A stretch of 64,000 bases of DNA from the human T2T-CHM13v2.0 reference genome, Homo sapiens. The stretch lies in assembly GCF_009914755.1 (NCBI RefSeq), contig NC_060926.1. One strand, given 5' to 3'. Below the pieces are notes generated by a model. It was not told where the DNA came from. It saw only the letters and a list, made by a program, of their open reading frames with translations, and made no database searches. Positions 29,691 through 43,540 of the stretch are shown in pieces. How positions within the stretch are numbered: position 1 is the stretch's first letter; the number at the start of each line of letters is the position of its first letter. Position numbers and translations under genes: made by a program.

Positions 29691-30180
29691 CACTGAGAAA
29701 TAAATTCTTAACAATGGTATTAGGTGACTGAACTAGAGTCAGGTCAACCATTAAATGGTGAAACTGAATGGTTATTGGTAAGATTCTTTAAGAAAACAAA
29801 ATTACAGTGCAGCTACTCAGTCCAATCACTTAATTGTACTGAGTGGTTTCATCAAGACCATGAAGACAGAGCTGGGTGCTTATTGAGCACACTTTCTACT
29901 TGCACACCAGGCTTCACTTTCCTAGCTCATGTATATCTATATACTCAGGAAGGTATCATTAATTCATAGATATTGAAATTGTGTTCATGAATAACAGAAT
30001 TTTGTTCAACACATTTCCTCATAGTGCAAATGAATTATTGGAATAAAACATAGGAGCAGTTTTCATGACGAAGTTTTTGCTTGCATCCTCCCAAATGTTC
30101 ATGAGGACATGGTACCTGTGACTCCACTGTGCCTGGGTCCTGCCAAAGCAATACCCCTCCCCATTAGCAAGTAAGGTCTC

Positions 30181-32346
30181 TGATATGGTTTAGCTCTGTG
30201 TCACCACCCAAATCTCATCTCGAATTGTAATCCCTGGGAGTAGAGGGAGGGAGGTGTTTGGGTCATGAGGGTAGTTTCCCCATGCTATTCTCATGATAGT
30301 GGTGAGTTATCATGAGATCTGATGGTTTTATAAGTGTTTGGAAGTTCTTCCTTTGTCCTTCTTTCTCCTGCCCTCTTGTGAAGAAGGTGCTTGTTTCCCC
30401 TTTGCCCTTCCATCATGATTGCAGGTTTCCTGAGGCCTCTCCAGCCATATGGAACTGTGAGTCAATTAACCCTCTTTTCTTTATAAATTACCCAGTCATG
30501 GGTATTTCTTTATAGCTGTGTGAAAACAGACTAATACATAAAATTGGTACTGGGAGTGGGACACTGCTATAAAGATACAGAAAATGTTAAAGTGACTTTG
30601 GAACTGGGTAATGGGCAGAGTTTGGAACAATTTGGAGGGCCCAGAAGAAGACAGGAAGATGTGGGAAAGTTTGGAACTTCTTAGACAATTGTTGAATGGT
30701 TTGACCAAAATGCTGATAATCATGTGGACAATGAAGTCCAGGCTGAGGTAGTCTCAGGTGGGGACAAGGAATTTATTGGGAACTGGAACAAAGGTCACTC
30801 TTGCTGTGCTTTAGCAAAGACACTGGCAATATTTTGTCCCTGCCTTAAAGATCTGTGGAACTTTGAACTTGAGAGAGATGATTTGAAATTGGAATTTATG
30901 TTTAAAAGGGAAGGAGAGCATAAAGTTTAGAAAATTTGCAGCCTGACAGGGCTATAGGAAAAAAAAAAATGCTGTGGAGAAATTCAGGCTGGCTGTAGAA
31001 ATTTGCATAAGTAATGAGGAGCTGAATGTTAATTGCCAAGACAATGGAGAAAATGTCTCCAGGGTATGTCAGAGACGTTGGTGGCAGCCCCTCACATCAC
31101 AGCCTGGAGGCCTAGGAGGAAAAAATATTTTCTTGGGCCAGGCCCAGGGCCTCATTGCTCTATGCAACCTCTGGACCTGGTACTCTTCATCCCAGCTATG
31201 ACTAAAAGGGGTCATTGCTTCAGAGGGTGCAAGCCCCAAGCCTTGGTGCCTTGCATGTGGTGTTGGGCTTGTGGGTACAAAGAAGTCAAGAATTGAGGTT
31301 TGGAAACCTCTGCCTAGATTTCAGAGGATGTACGGAAATGCCTCAATGTCCTGGCAGAAGTCTGCAGCTTGGAGAACCTCTGATGGGGTAGTGCAGAAGG
31401 GAAATGTGGGGCTGGAGCTCCCACACAGAGTCCCCACTGAGGCACTGCCTAGTGGAGCTGTGAGAAGAGGGTCACCATCCTCTAGACCCCAGAATGGTAG
31501 ATCCACAGACAGCTTGTACAGTGAGCCTGGAAAAGCCACAGGCACTCAATGCCAGCCTGTGAAGAAGCTGCCCAAGGCCGTGGGAGACCATTCCTTGGAT
31601 TGGCATGCCCCAGATGTGAGACATGGAGTCAAAGGAGATCATTTCAGATCTTTAAGATTTAATGTCTGCCCCATTGGATTTCAAATTTCAGTGGGGTCTG
31701 TAGCCCCTTTGTTTTGGCCAATTTCTCCCAGCTAGAATGGGAGCATTTACCCAAAAGTCTGAATTCCTATTGTATCTAGGAAGTAACTAACTTGCTTTTG
31801 ATTTTACAGGCTCATAGGCGGAAGGAACTTGCTTTGTCTCAGGTGAGACTTTGGACTGTGGACTTTTGAGTTAATGCTGAAATGAGTTAAGACTTTGGAG
31901 GACTATTGGGAAGATTTTGAAATGTGAGAACATGAGATTTGTGAGGGGCCAGGGGAATAATTACATGGTTTGGCTCTGTGTCCCTACTCACATTTCATCT
32001 CAAATTGTAATGTCAACATTGTCAAGGGAGGGACCTGTAATCCCCACAGCTTGAGGGAGAGAGTGATTGGATCATGGTGGTGGTTTCCCCCATACTGTTC
32101 TCATGAGAGTGAGTGAGTTCTCACAAGATCTTATGGTTTTACAAGTGTTTGGAAGTTCCTTCTTATTCTTCTCTCTCCTCCCCACTTGTAAAGACAGTGC
32201 TTGTTTCTCCTTTGCCTTTTGCCATGATTGTAAGTTTCCTGAGGCCTCCCCAGCCATGTGGAACTGTGAGTCAATTAAACCTCTTTCCTTTATAATTACC
32301 TAGTCTCAGATATTTCTTTTTAGCTGCGTGAAAACAGACTAATACA
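30181..32346 (+). mobile_element. THE1D-type MaLR element with both LTRs and internal region
   Basis: 5' LTR 30181-30538 (tgatatgg...ctaataca), internal 30539-31960 (aaattggtac...ggggccagggg), 3' LTR 31961-32346; TSD gtctc/gtctt. Confidence 0.93.
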
Positions 32347-32888
32347 GTCTTCCTGAGATAGGATTCCAAATTCCAAGGGACGGAGAGGGAAATCCACATT
32401 TATTTAAGCATCCCATGTTAGAGGTAATATAATAAGTACTTTAAATGTAGTTTATATTTAAAATAATGTCTATATACTTATATGTACTATAGTTTCTAAT
32501 TTACATCCACAGGAATTTTACAATATAGTTAACATCCCCCTTTTACATAAAACAAATATCAAAAACCAACAATGGCTTATTGAAGCTAATATGTTAAAAA
32601 TTTTAGCTAAACTCTGACTGACTTCAAAATCCATGTTTTTCTTACCATACCAGTTACCTCCTAAATTGTATAATAGGGAGGATTTAGTTCCCAGAGGGAA
32701 ATGATGACTTGCTTAAAGCTGTTTTTTTCCCATTGAACAAATATGCATCAAACACTACCTGTGCCAGGCACTATTGTAGGTGCTGAGAATCCCATAGTAA
32801 AAATGGTTTTGCATTCAGAGAGCATATGTTTGAGTTGTGGGATTAATAATCTGTTCTCTTATATCCAGTGCACATCAGAATTACACAT

Positions 32889-33244
<356 letters not shown>

Positions 33245-34489
33245 TAAAAAGAAAACAAATGGAAAGAATGAATCTAATTTTAGAATTCCTACTGAACTAC
33301 TGCCACAGAGGACTGACTGGATAACTTCCTTTCTGCCTGCTAATGCTTTGCTGGTGTTCTCCCCCAGCTCCATTCCATGGTCTAGTCCAGGCTACTCCGA
33401 AATGAAATGCTTAATCACATATTGAGTAAGCCAATCTGCTCTCTTAGTTTTTCCCAAACCCCTGCAACCAGACTGGTTTTAACTTTTGTATTTCTTGTTC
33501 TATCTCAGCTGCTGCTGGAGTTTCACTGTGATTCTGAGGAGTGCTGTCACTCAGGGGTCTCCCGATCCTATCTAGTGCTGATCTTCCATGGATTTCCCGG
33601 AAGACTGAATAGGCTTAATTTTGCAACTGCTCTAGAATACAAGTGTGCTGGTCTCCTGGACGCTTCATGGGGGAAAAAAAGACAACCCTCTAGTTCTGCT
33701 CAGATTTTTTTTTCAGCTCTGCCTCCTGCAAAGATAGTCCATCTCATCCAGCCAGTTCTGAGGAAGTATGTGAGTCATGTCCCTTTTTCTGATGAAAACT
33801 TCCAGTATTGACTACTAGAAGTTTTCTAGATCAACAACTATCAAGCCTTTGGAAATATAACTAATATGTACCAATATGTAAAAAATAATTTCTATTTTTT
33901 TAATGAAATAGTTTCCTAAGGCCCAAATGTAACTTTCAAAATGATATGTGTGGCACAAATTCTCTCTACTACCGGGGCGACGAAGGGAGCACAGTGCACA
34001 GGCTGGAGGTCAGAGCCTCCCTGGACATAGTTTGGCCCCAAAAAGAATCAGGGAAGAAGAAACTTGACAAAGAGCCTCATAGATGTTTCCTAAAGCAGAG
34101 ACCCTCTGAAGGTGATGCATGACTATTAGAGAATCTGTGCTATAAGGAGCTTCTTGGTTTCCATTTCTGTCACATGAGGAAAAGTAAAAGCTAACAAAAT
34201 CGCTCATACAAACAAATCTGTGTCACAGGCATACAGTCCTGCTAACATTTTTCTGTTAAAAGTAGGAACAAATGTAAGCTTTCTGGCATATATTTTATGT
34301 TTTGTTTAAAACACTGCACATTTTATTTTATCTTTAAATACATATATGCATATATATATTTAAAACATACACATGGACATAATAACTATTTGTAACTATA
34401 TACCTATTTGTAAAAATATTATCATTGGAATTCTTTCCCTTTAATAAAACAAACGTAACTAAGCATAAGCCTCCATAAAGTGCTTATAT

Positions 34490-34692
34490 CCAGGGATGTT
34501 GTAGGAAACTGTCTCTCCTGGGGAATAGGAGGAGCTTTGATTTGCAGCATTTGCCAATTTCTGCATTGTAAACACTCCGTCTATGGCCTGTTTCAAACTA
34601 CCAATGATTTAGTGCCTGGCTCACAAAATTCCTGAATATTTAACAAGCGGCTCTTGTGAGGGCAGGAGCCCGTGGCAGGTTACCACCACCAT
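34490..34692. mobile_element. MER63-type hAT-Blackjack DNA transposon
   Basis: tgatttgcagcatttgccaatttc...tgtaaacactcc...tttcaaactacca...aatatttaacaagcggctcttgtgag. Confidence 0.7.
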
Positions 34693-35304
34693 GCTCCTTC
34701 AGCACCGCAGCAAACTTGTGGGAGGTGCTTGGGAAGCCCACCGACTAACCTTTCCTTTTAGACTGACAATCACTCTGCAAGGTCTTAAGTCAAGATATTT
34801 TCATTTTAGTTTTGTAGATTAGAATACAACATTTTCAGAAAATCTGAAGAAGATCAAGGAAAATAAAGATTGACACAAACCGTAAAAGGCATTCAAGAAA
34901 TGTTTGCTGATTTGTATTACCTATGGTGTGGGTGAGAGAAAACACAGAGCTGGAACGCTTGGGTGTCAAATCCTGAAAGATGTTTGACGAGGAGAAGCAG
35001 CCCGCAGGAAAGAGGGCGTGTTTCTCTCTGGTTCTTCCCTGAGCCTGGCTAGACCTCACCTGTGCAGGAGACCTGGCTGAGGGGAGGTCTGTGCCTGTGC
35101 CATGGTCTTGGCTGGAGGCTTCACGTGCACATCCAAGCACAGAGGACTCGGTGCCTGCCAGCGGGCCGTGCCTGCCTCCCAGCAAGCTCCCACCAGCCTC
35201 AGAGAGCTCGCAGCCTAAGCCTCCATCTCATAACCAATCTCTCTTACAGTTCGAAAACTTTTCCTTTAACCTGCTATAAAGTCAAAGAAAGACTTTTATG
35301 AAGT

Positions 35305-35405
35305 CACCTCTCAGCTTTTCTTTCTCCAGGCTAAATAATCCATTTCCCCTAAAGTCTCCCTGGGGTCCTATTTCCCCACCCCTTCATCACTTTTGTGACT
35401 CCTAT
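35305..35405 (-). mobile_element. L3/CR1 3' fragment
   Basis: ctcagcttttctttctccaggctaaataatcc resembles the antisense L3/CR1 3' region. Confidence 0.5.
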
Positions 35406-35651
35406 TTGAGTTCTGTTTGAGAGAAATGAAAATGAGTTTCTGGGGAAAGGCTCACCCTGACCCTGCACTGGATGGTAGAGGAAGCCGCGAGGGCAGCGCG
35501 GGCCGTTTCTTGCAGGGAAATCGCTCTTGCTTGTCCTCCCTGCGCCCAACACATCCAAACAGGACAGCCGCTCTTCTCTCCAAGCCTCTACTTTCTGCAC
35601 CAAGAGAACAGGGGATGGCAGAACACAGAGGCCTTAGAAATGATCACACAC

Positions 35652-35966
<315 letters not shown>

Positions 35967-38800
35967 TCACACACTCATTTTACACACGAGGAGGCTGAGA
36001 TTCCAAGCATTTTAATATCTGCTTGATATCAATCAAAGTCGATCATAGAGGAGAATTAGAAGCAAGATGTCCTAACAAATGTATAGTCCAGTGCTAAGTA
36101 TACCGTGCAGAATAGTGGACTGTAGGTCTGCCTGAAATGAGATGATAATCATAACCACTAATATTCATATTATTCCCTACATTTTGCCTGTTTGCATGAA
36201 AACATGCTGGCAGCCAACTTTAGTCTGATTCCACACCCATCTCCAGCTCCAGGAACAGTGACCAGCACATGGTTTGCCTTCCTTATGTATTTGTTTTTGT
36301 TGGAGGGGCATAATTACCTAATTTGCTCCCCTGCACGATTTCATAAGGATGGGTATTACTGAGGAGAAAGTTGTTTTTTTTTAATTTATTTCTTTTTTAC
36401 AGTGTTACTGATGGAAATAATAAATTTCAAGTAGCAGAAAACCCTCTAGAAATTGCTTCAAAGAGAAGGAATGTATCATAGGAAGTGAATGGTATCTGAA
36501 ACTGAAAAAAGTGCGGTGCAGGACTGCCTCAGGGAGAGTTAGACCTAGACCAAATAAATCTTGGCTCTTCCTCTCTGTGGCCACAAGGAGACGGCTGTTC
36601 ATGCGTTTCGGTGGAGCAAGTCTCAGAATGACAGCAAGAAGGACCATGTTTCGGCAGGGATTACCCCCATTGCTAGGTGATCTCAGAACGTCACCTATCC
36701 TTTCTTGATATTATTTCCCTATTTATAGTACAATTGATTTCTGTTCATCCTACCACAGACCAAATGATCTAATGCTATGAAAATACTTTCCAAAGTTTAA
36801 AATAGGATATAACATACGATTAGTTTATTACAATCATGGATTTCTCCCTCCCCAGGCTGAAAAATGCAAATCAGATCAATAATAACTGCCTTTGATCTGA
36901 AGACTTTCATTAGATTTTCACATCAAGCTCTACATCACAATGACCTGGAGTAAAATAAAACCTACTAAAAATATAAAATTAAGAAAAGAAAAGAAAATAA
37001 CACATTTTCTTTTTAAATACAGACCTTAGAAGGTTTTGTGTTTTTTAAATCAGATAGAAGTGAAAAGGCACGTAATACCTTTGCTAAATTACTTGAAGGC
37101 AGTTCAAACAGGTAGAGAGTGGGCTTAGAGATTCCTGACAGGCAAATTGCTCACCTATGACACGCTTCTTACTCTGACAAAAACAAAGACTCTTTGAAAG
37201 AATTTCCATTGTCAGGTGATGTTATGTTTACTAGACCTAATCCTAAATCTTAGAAATTAGAAAGGCCTTAAATCTTGATCCTCACATGTCAAAATGTGAT
37301 GAAACTATTTTAGAGAAAAACAATGTGCTTTAGCTGTAGCCTAAGGGGCAAAGCATAGGCTTGAATTCTTCAGTGTTGGTAAAATAAATACTCGGAGTAG
37401 TGGCTATTTGCATTCATGGATAACTTTATTCAATGTATCTCTTCATTCTATCTGGAATCTGAAAGCACATTATTGGTAGATAAACATTGCCATGGATCAT
37501 ATCAGTTGTATTGCCTTCAGTGACTCTAATAAACAGGAAATTAAAAAACTAGTACAAGTTCTGTCTTCCTTGGACATTCCTCTACTCATTCGCTCACTCG
37601 TTTGTTGAACAAACGTTACATAGTAAGCATACTGTATAAAGCAGTATGAAAGATTCTAGCATTAGGGTAGATCATGTGAATAGAATTAGCTATTTCTGAT
37701 TTTCCTCCCATGGACTTTGTAGTCTTAGATAGGCAAGGTAAATCAATAGAGAAAGAGAGAGAGAGATAAAGATATAAACAGCTAAATTGCAGGTAGAATA
37801 TAAAAATAACATCAGGAAAAGTTAAATATGAAATGAGAAGCATAGATTTTGCAAGTTTGGCTGAATGGAGTTAGTGTTTCAAATTGTGCGATTTCTCTTT
37901 AGAAAATTAACTTCTTAACTAAGTAATAATGCATTTGTGAACTGTTCAGTTACCGCAGTTATAGAGCAATGCTGTAAGGATTCTGTTTTTGCTAAAATAC
38001 AAGACTGAACTACTAAAAATAGAAAACATGATAAATTATTGGAATATTACTTTATAAATATGCCATTTGTAACAAAAGAGTTATTTCTGCAATTTGTTGG
38101 CTTATCTGTAAAATGTAAACGTGCTCCCTATACATAACTCGGACACATTCTGAAGACGACTTAATAAATACAGTGCATTTATTCTTTCACTAATTAGATA
38201 ATCATTTATTAAATACTAACTTAGTAAGAAAATGTCATTGAGCTTGAGGAACAAAAGGTTGGTGATAAACACATATATACTTACGTATAGATCAACATCA
38301 AAAACAGTTGAATTTTCATTATATAATTTGTTTCAGGTGAGAGAACTTGTGGTTATTAAAGTTCCCCTTTGTGCTTTATGAAAGTGAGATTCAGAGCTAA
38401 TCAACTTGTTAACAATTGTGATTTGACTCTGAAGTCAAATGGGTTTTTCTGATGAGAAACACAAATCCTATATTCTATTAAGGGAAAAGCAGAAATATTT
38501 TCTAGATCATATGGATTTTATTTGGAGTGGAAAAAGAAGATGGATCCTGAAAACATATCTTGCAAATATTTTGCCTCGAATATTCTTTGTCTTCAGGACA
38601 CTGAACTTGTCGCATTTTCTTCCTCTCTAGGCCCTTGGCAGCCTCAATATTTTTGCCCAGATTTTCTATGTGAGTAGAGTTTCGGGATTCTCTGCTTTTT
38701 CTGCACCCAGACAATATGATTTCTGCTCATTGCTACAATATTATTTACACACAGCCAGCTCACAGACCTGCATCTCTTGTTCAGGCCTTTCCACGGATCT

Positions 38801-38846
38801 ATAAGGTTGGTGCAAAAGTAATTGTGGTTTTAGCACCACGCTAATA
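38801..38846. mobile_element. Internally deleted MADE1 (Hsmar1-derived MITE)
   Basis: aggttggtgcaaaagtaattgtggtttt is the MADE1 TIR, joined directly to gcaccacgctaa (outer end of the other TIR); TA on both sides. Confidence 0.8.
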
Positions 38847-39011
38847 CTTAGTATATATTCTTGAATACTTCGAAGCAGCTCAAACTAAGCCAGATGGACA
38901 GTAACCTCTTGAGTATCGCTTCTGAGGCCTGTCTTCCGCTATTCTTTCTTTCAGAGGAAGGCATCACCATTGACTGGGCCATGCAAGTCAGGATGCCTTC
39001 AGGTCATTCTT

Positions 39012-39314
<303 letters not shown>

Positions 39315-40899
39315 TGCCTTCAGGTCATTCTTAACTTCCCTCTCCCTCCTCCACCTCACAATGATAATTCCTAATCTTCTATGTACCAGGAGACAGTTCT
39401 TGGAAATTGCATGTGCATCGTTTCGTTTAATCTCCATGTTGGAGGATGCCATAATTTTGTTAATATAAAGATAATGTGTAAGGCATATTTTTATTTATTA
39501 TTTGTTTTATCAATGTATCAACCATCTAACTATTTTATTATTATTTTGTGGGGGGAATGGTGTTTCTCTCTAACTTCTGTATCTTACCATAGCCTGAATA
39601 TGAGAAAGACCTACAAAAAGCAAATACTAGTCCAATCCAGTAGCCTTAGCAAGGTTCTTTGCTGGTTTCTGCTGCAAGATGGCCGGATTTGCTAGTCATC
39701 TCCATTGTTAATGGCTATGGTGCAACTGGTCTCGGCTGGCCTTTTGGGTGCCTGACATTTCTACTAGAGCACATGTACCTGGCTTTTTGCCCCAGTTTCA
39801 GCACCTTTGGTTGTTCCTTCTCTTCAGCTTGACCCCTTTGCCTGCTGAGTTCTGGGTACTCTCAGAGCCTCCATGTCCTCTGATAGGAGCAGGCAAAAAG
39901 AGCTGTCCCTGCACTCCACACACAGATCCAAGAAGCAAGCAGTGCTGCTTCTGCCTCACCTCTCCAAACGCCTTCTGCAAGCGCAGTGCCCTGTTGAATG
40001 CATGCGGCAAGCAGACATATTAAGAGCTTTATCTAAAGTCTGCACACCTGCCATCAGCATGCCTATACAGTAGTTTCATGGGCCCTGGCATTCTGGAGTT
40101 CCTTCATGCTAATCTAGATATTGCTCCAGCTGCCTTCTGCCACCATGAACAGTTACAGAAGAAACAAGAAGAGACTCTCCATCTTCCCCTGTCCTTTCTC
40201 CACCCATCAAACCACCCCGGAACAAGAGGTGTTTGGGACTGTCACTTCTTGAAGACATATTCTCCTCTCCCACTTAGACAACAAGGCTCATGGCCAAGAG
40301 ACAGAAATATCATAGGCAGAAAGAGGAGAATTTGCTATACTATGTATAAACCTCTATGATTTGGCTTTTTCACATTTGATTTCAATATAGTAAAGAAAAA
40401 CATTTTAAAAAATATTTCTCTTTCTCTTCCAAAATTCTGGCTTTTAAACCTACCATCTTGCTTCAAACTTTAATGAAACTCTATGTGTCAGTGAAGGCTG
40501 AGAAATAGCTTGTTCTAGCTGGTAGCTGCCCTTTCTTCAAACTCTGAAACCTATTAATGCAATGCGTTATCACCTCCTGTGGCAACACGACTTACTACAT
40601 ATAAAAACATATCCAAAATAGCTTTAAAAATAATAGCCTTAACACACACACAGCAATACTTCAGGGCAAATTTTGTCATCCTGGTACACATGATAAAACT
40701 GAACGTCATGTATTCCTGTTTGTGCAGCCATCCTTGGAGAAGGGGGTGGTCTAGGATTCAAATTTAGGTCTATCTAACACAAACATTCATTTATTTTTTA
40801 TTTTTTTCTACTACACCAAACTACTGAGAGAGAGAGAGACAGAAAGAGAGATAGAGAGACTCAGTGAGCAAAACCCATGCAGAATAATAACAAGAAGAG

Positions 40900-41398
40900 T
40901 TGGGAATTCTGATCCTTTTCCACTGAAGTGGTCCCCTCCCACAAGCATCCCATCTGTGTGACAGAGACTGGTTTAAAGTTGACCAAGACCATTCCCTCTT
41001 CAGAGAACACAAAGAGGCGACATGGTCCAACCCCCTTGCAATTAAATGAGGGCGATGGGGCATATCTCAGGATAATAGAAACAAGGTAAACACAACATAA
41101 GCTCCTCCAAGACTTGGTGAGAAAATGTCCCATGTGACTGACTCTTTTCTCTCTCTTTCTCCCTCTTTCTTACTCTGATCTTTGACTGTCTGGAGGGAGA
41201 TAATTCATTGAAAGACTCTGCGGAGAACCTAGAAGATCCCGGTACACAGGATAGAAGGGGCCAGAATCCCTGAATCATGTAATGCCATTTGCTAAACAAG
41301 TATCCTGACTCCGACGTGAGAGAAAACAAGCCCTTACTGCACTCTTTGAGGTTTTGTCCGTTTGCTTCTGCAGTTAGCGCCAAGTACCCTAACTAATA
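40900..41398 (+). mobile_element. Old MaLR/ERVL LTR (MLT1J-like)
   Basis: 3' end gtgagagaaaacaagccc...gtttgcttctgcagttagc...ccctaactaata; 5' boundary uncertain. Confidence 0.45.
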
Positions 41399-41509
41399 AA
41401 CCCTGAAACACACCCAGCCCCTTCAAATAATCTCAGGAACCTGAGCACAACTCTGAAGATCCCTACACCTTCTCTCTTGAACATTCACTGGCCATTACCC
41501 ACGACAGTA

Positions 41510-41770
41510 GTGACAGCAATAAGAGCAGCTCATCGTTACCGAGTCTGTCTTACATCAGCCATTTTCTAAATGATCTAAGTATTAATTTATTTCATATTTA
41601 GGACAACTCTACAAACCATTTTTTCCCATTTACAGATGAGAACACTTGGCCCAGAGAAGTTCAGTAACTTGCCCAAGACGATTTCAATTAATACCATGTA
41701 GGGCTAGATTAGGAACCCAGGCTCTCTGACTCCAGGACTGAGACTCCAAGTCGCTGTACTCCACGCCTCT
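41510..41770 (-). mobile_element. MIR
   Basis: cccatttacagatgagaacacttggcccagagaagttcagtaacttgcccaag is the antisense MIR core. Confidence 0.8.
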
Positions 41771-42153
41771 CAGGCAGAGGACCTAAATATCAGTAAAAAT
41801 TGCAGAACAAACCAACCTCAGATCTAGCAGCCAACCTTTAATCAACTCAGCTTTCCCATTTTGTAATGAGAAGTAGTTTTGTGGTTCACGAATTCCAGGC
41901 TTCAGAAGACTCTGGCAACACTCAGATAGAGCTTCTTGTATTCTGCTCTCTAATCAAGCTCAAGGAGGTAAAAATTCATCTCATAACTGGACAACATATC
42001 AGGGGCAATTAACGCAATGCAATGAGTAAAGTCCAGAATCATGCAGAGCCTCTTTCACAAGGTTAAGGTGCTAAGATGAATGAGAAGATGAGTGCAGCCC
42101 GGAAGGGCTCAGGATATTGTTCAGTAATTCCCTGGAAAATAGACACATCTCGG

Positions 42154-42274
42154 GGCTGAGTGTGGCTCATGTCTGTAATCCCAGCACTTTGGGAGACCAA
42201 GGTGGGAGGATCTCTTGGCAAGAGTTTGAGACCAGCCTGAACAACACAGGGAGACCCTGTGCCTATAAATAAAT
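42154..42274 (+). mobile_element. Alu left monomer (FLAM_C/AluJ)
   Basis: ggctgagtgtggctcatgtctgtaatcccagcactttggg...gagaccctgtgcctataaataaata. Confidence 0.82.
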
Positions 42275-43349
42275 ACCAGTGAGTTTCTGATCTCAAGGCT
42301 TACTGTTACTGGAAAGTATTTATAGCATAGGAGTAAAGTTTAAACAAAGCCATTTTGAGATAGTCTCTCTCTCCCTCTGTCCCATACATCTAGGCAAACA
42401 ACTAAAAATTAAGAAAGGAACCAGAGACAGAGAGAGAGAGAGGGAGAATGACAACACATGGAAATCATGTTGCTGGAGCAAGCAGGGCAGGTATGGATCA
42501 AAGCATGAAGGTGCATGGAGCCTGGGCAGATGGGAGAAGGAAGAGGGGGGAAAGGAAGCAGAGTCTTGGACTTAGAAAGGAAAAGAATGGGACAGAGAGT
42601 CAGTCATCTGCAGAGAGAAAGAGTTCTAGTATTGGTTCTCTGGTCTAAATCCCCAACTTAAACCTGCAATAATATTTCATACTACTTATATTAATATTTT
42701 GCCAAAAATAATCAATGTTAATAATAGCAAGAATTGCTCCATTTATTGAGAATCCATTATATATAGTATTGGACACATTCAATACATCATCTTATTTCTT
42801 CATGGCAGAATTGCAAGGCAGGAATTATTTTTAATTTTACACATGAAGTTCAGATGAGTGAAGAGATTTTCTCCAAGTCAGACAATTAATAAGATCTAGC
42901 TCACTAAGGGTGGCGTTCAGTCTTTTAGTCAAAGCCCAGTTTCTTAAACATCTTCCTATCATCTACAGGATGTAGTGGCATTCTCACCTTAAAGGCAGCA
43001 TTTAACAACTGCATGATGATTAATAGTTATTCTCAATATGCAGGATTCAACATGAAAGCAGAAAGGAGTTCTTCTCACTTAAGAGAGATGGTGACTGTAT
43101 TATCTGTGAGGGTGGGTGTGGGGCCAGCATGTTGAGAATATGAGCTAGAATTGACATTGTCTAGCACTGTTAGGCATTCGGAAGTGGAGCCAGGGTCTCA
43201 GGAGAGCAGCAAGAGCTCGTGGTGACCACTGAGGCACATAGGAATACCTGGGGGAGAGAGGATAAGGGCTCAGCTTGGGGATCTGTCCATGGAGTAAAAT
43301 TGTCATTAAGCAAACAGCAAAAAGGAGAGAAAATGATTTTTTTGAATAC

Positions 43350-43540
43350 CAGAACCAGATCAAATTTCAGACCTGCCCTTCAATAGCTGGTGACCTTGGA
43401 AAAGTGAATTTATCTCCTCTACCTTTAATTTCTTCACCAGTAGAACTCCAATAATAACCCCTAACCAGCTATGTTTTAATGATAACATTAAATAACCTCT
43501 GCAAACTCTTCCATACAACCCCTGGCTCATAGTAGGTGAT
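43350..43540 (+). mobile_element. MIR
   Basis: tagctggtgaccttggaaaagtgaatttatctc...cctggctcatagtagg. Confidence 0.65.

Noticed and set aside
30724-31735. ORFs within the THE1 internal region
   Set aside because: Fragmented remnants of the MaLR internal sequence; no intact retroviral gene.
34698-34718. REST/RE1-like ttcagcacc
   Set aside because: Only the left half-site; the GGACAG half is absent.
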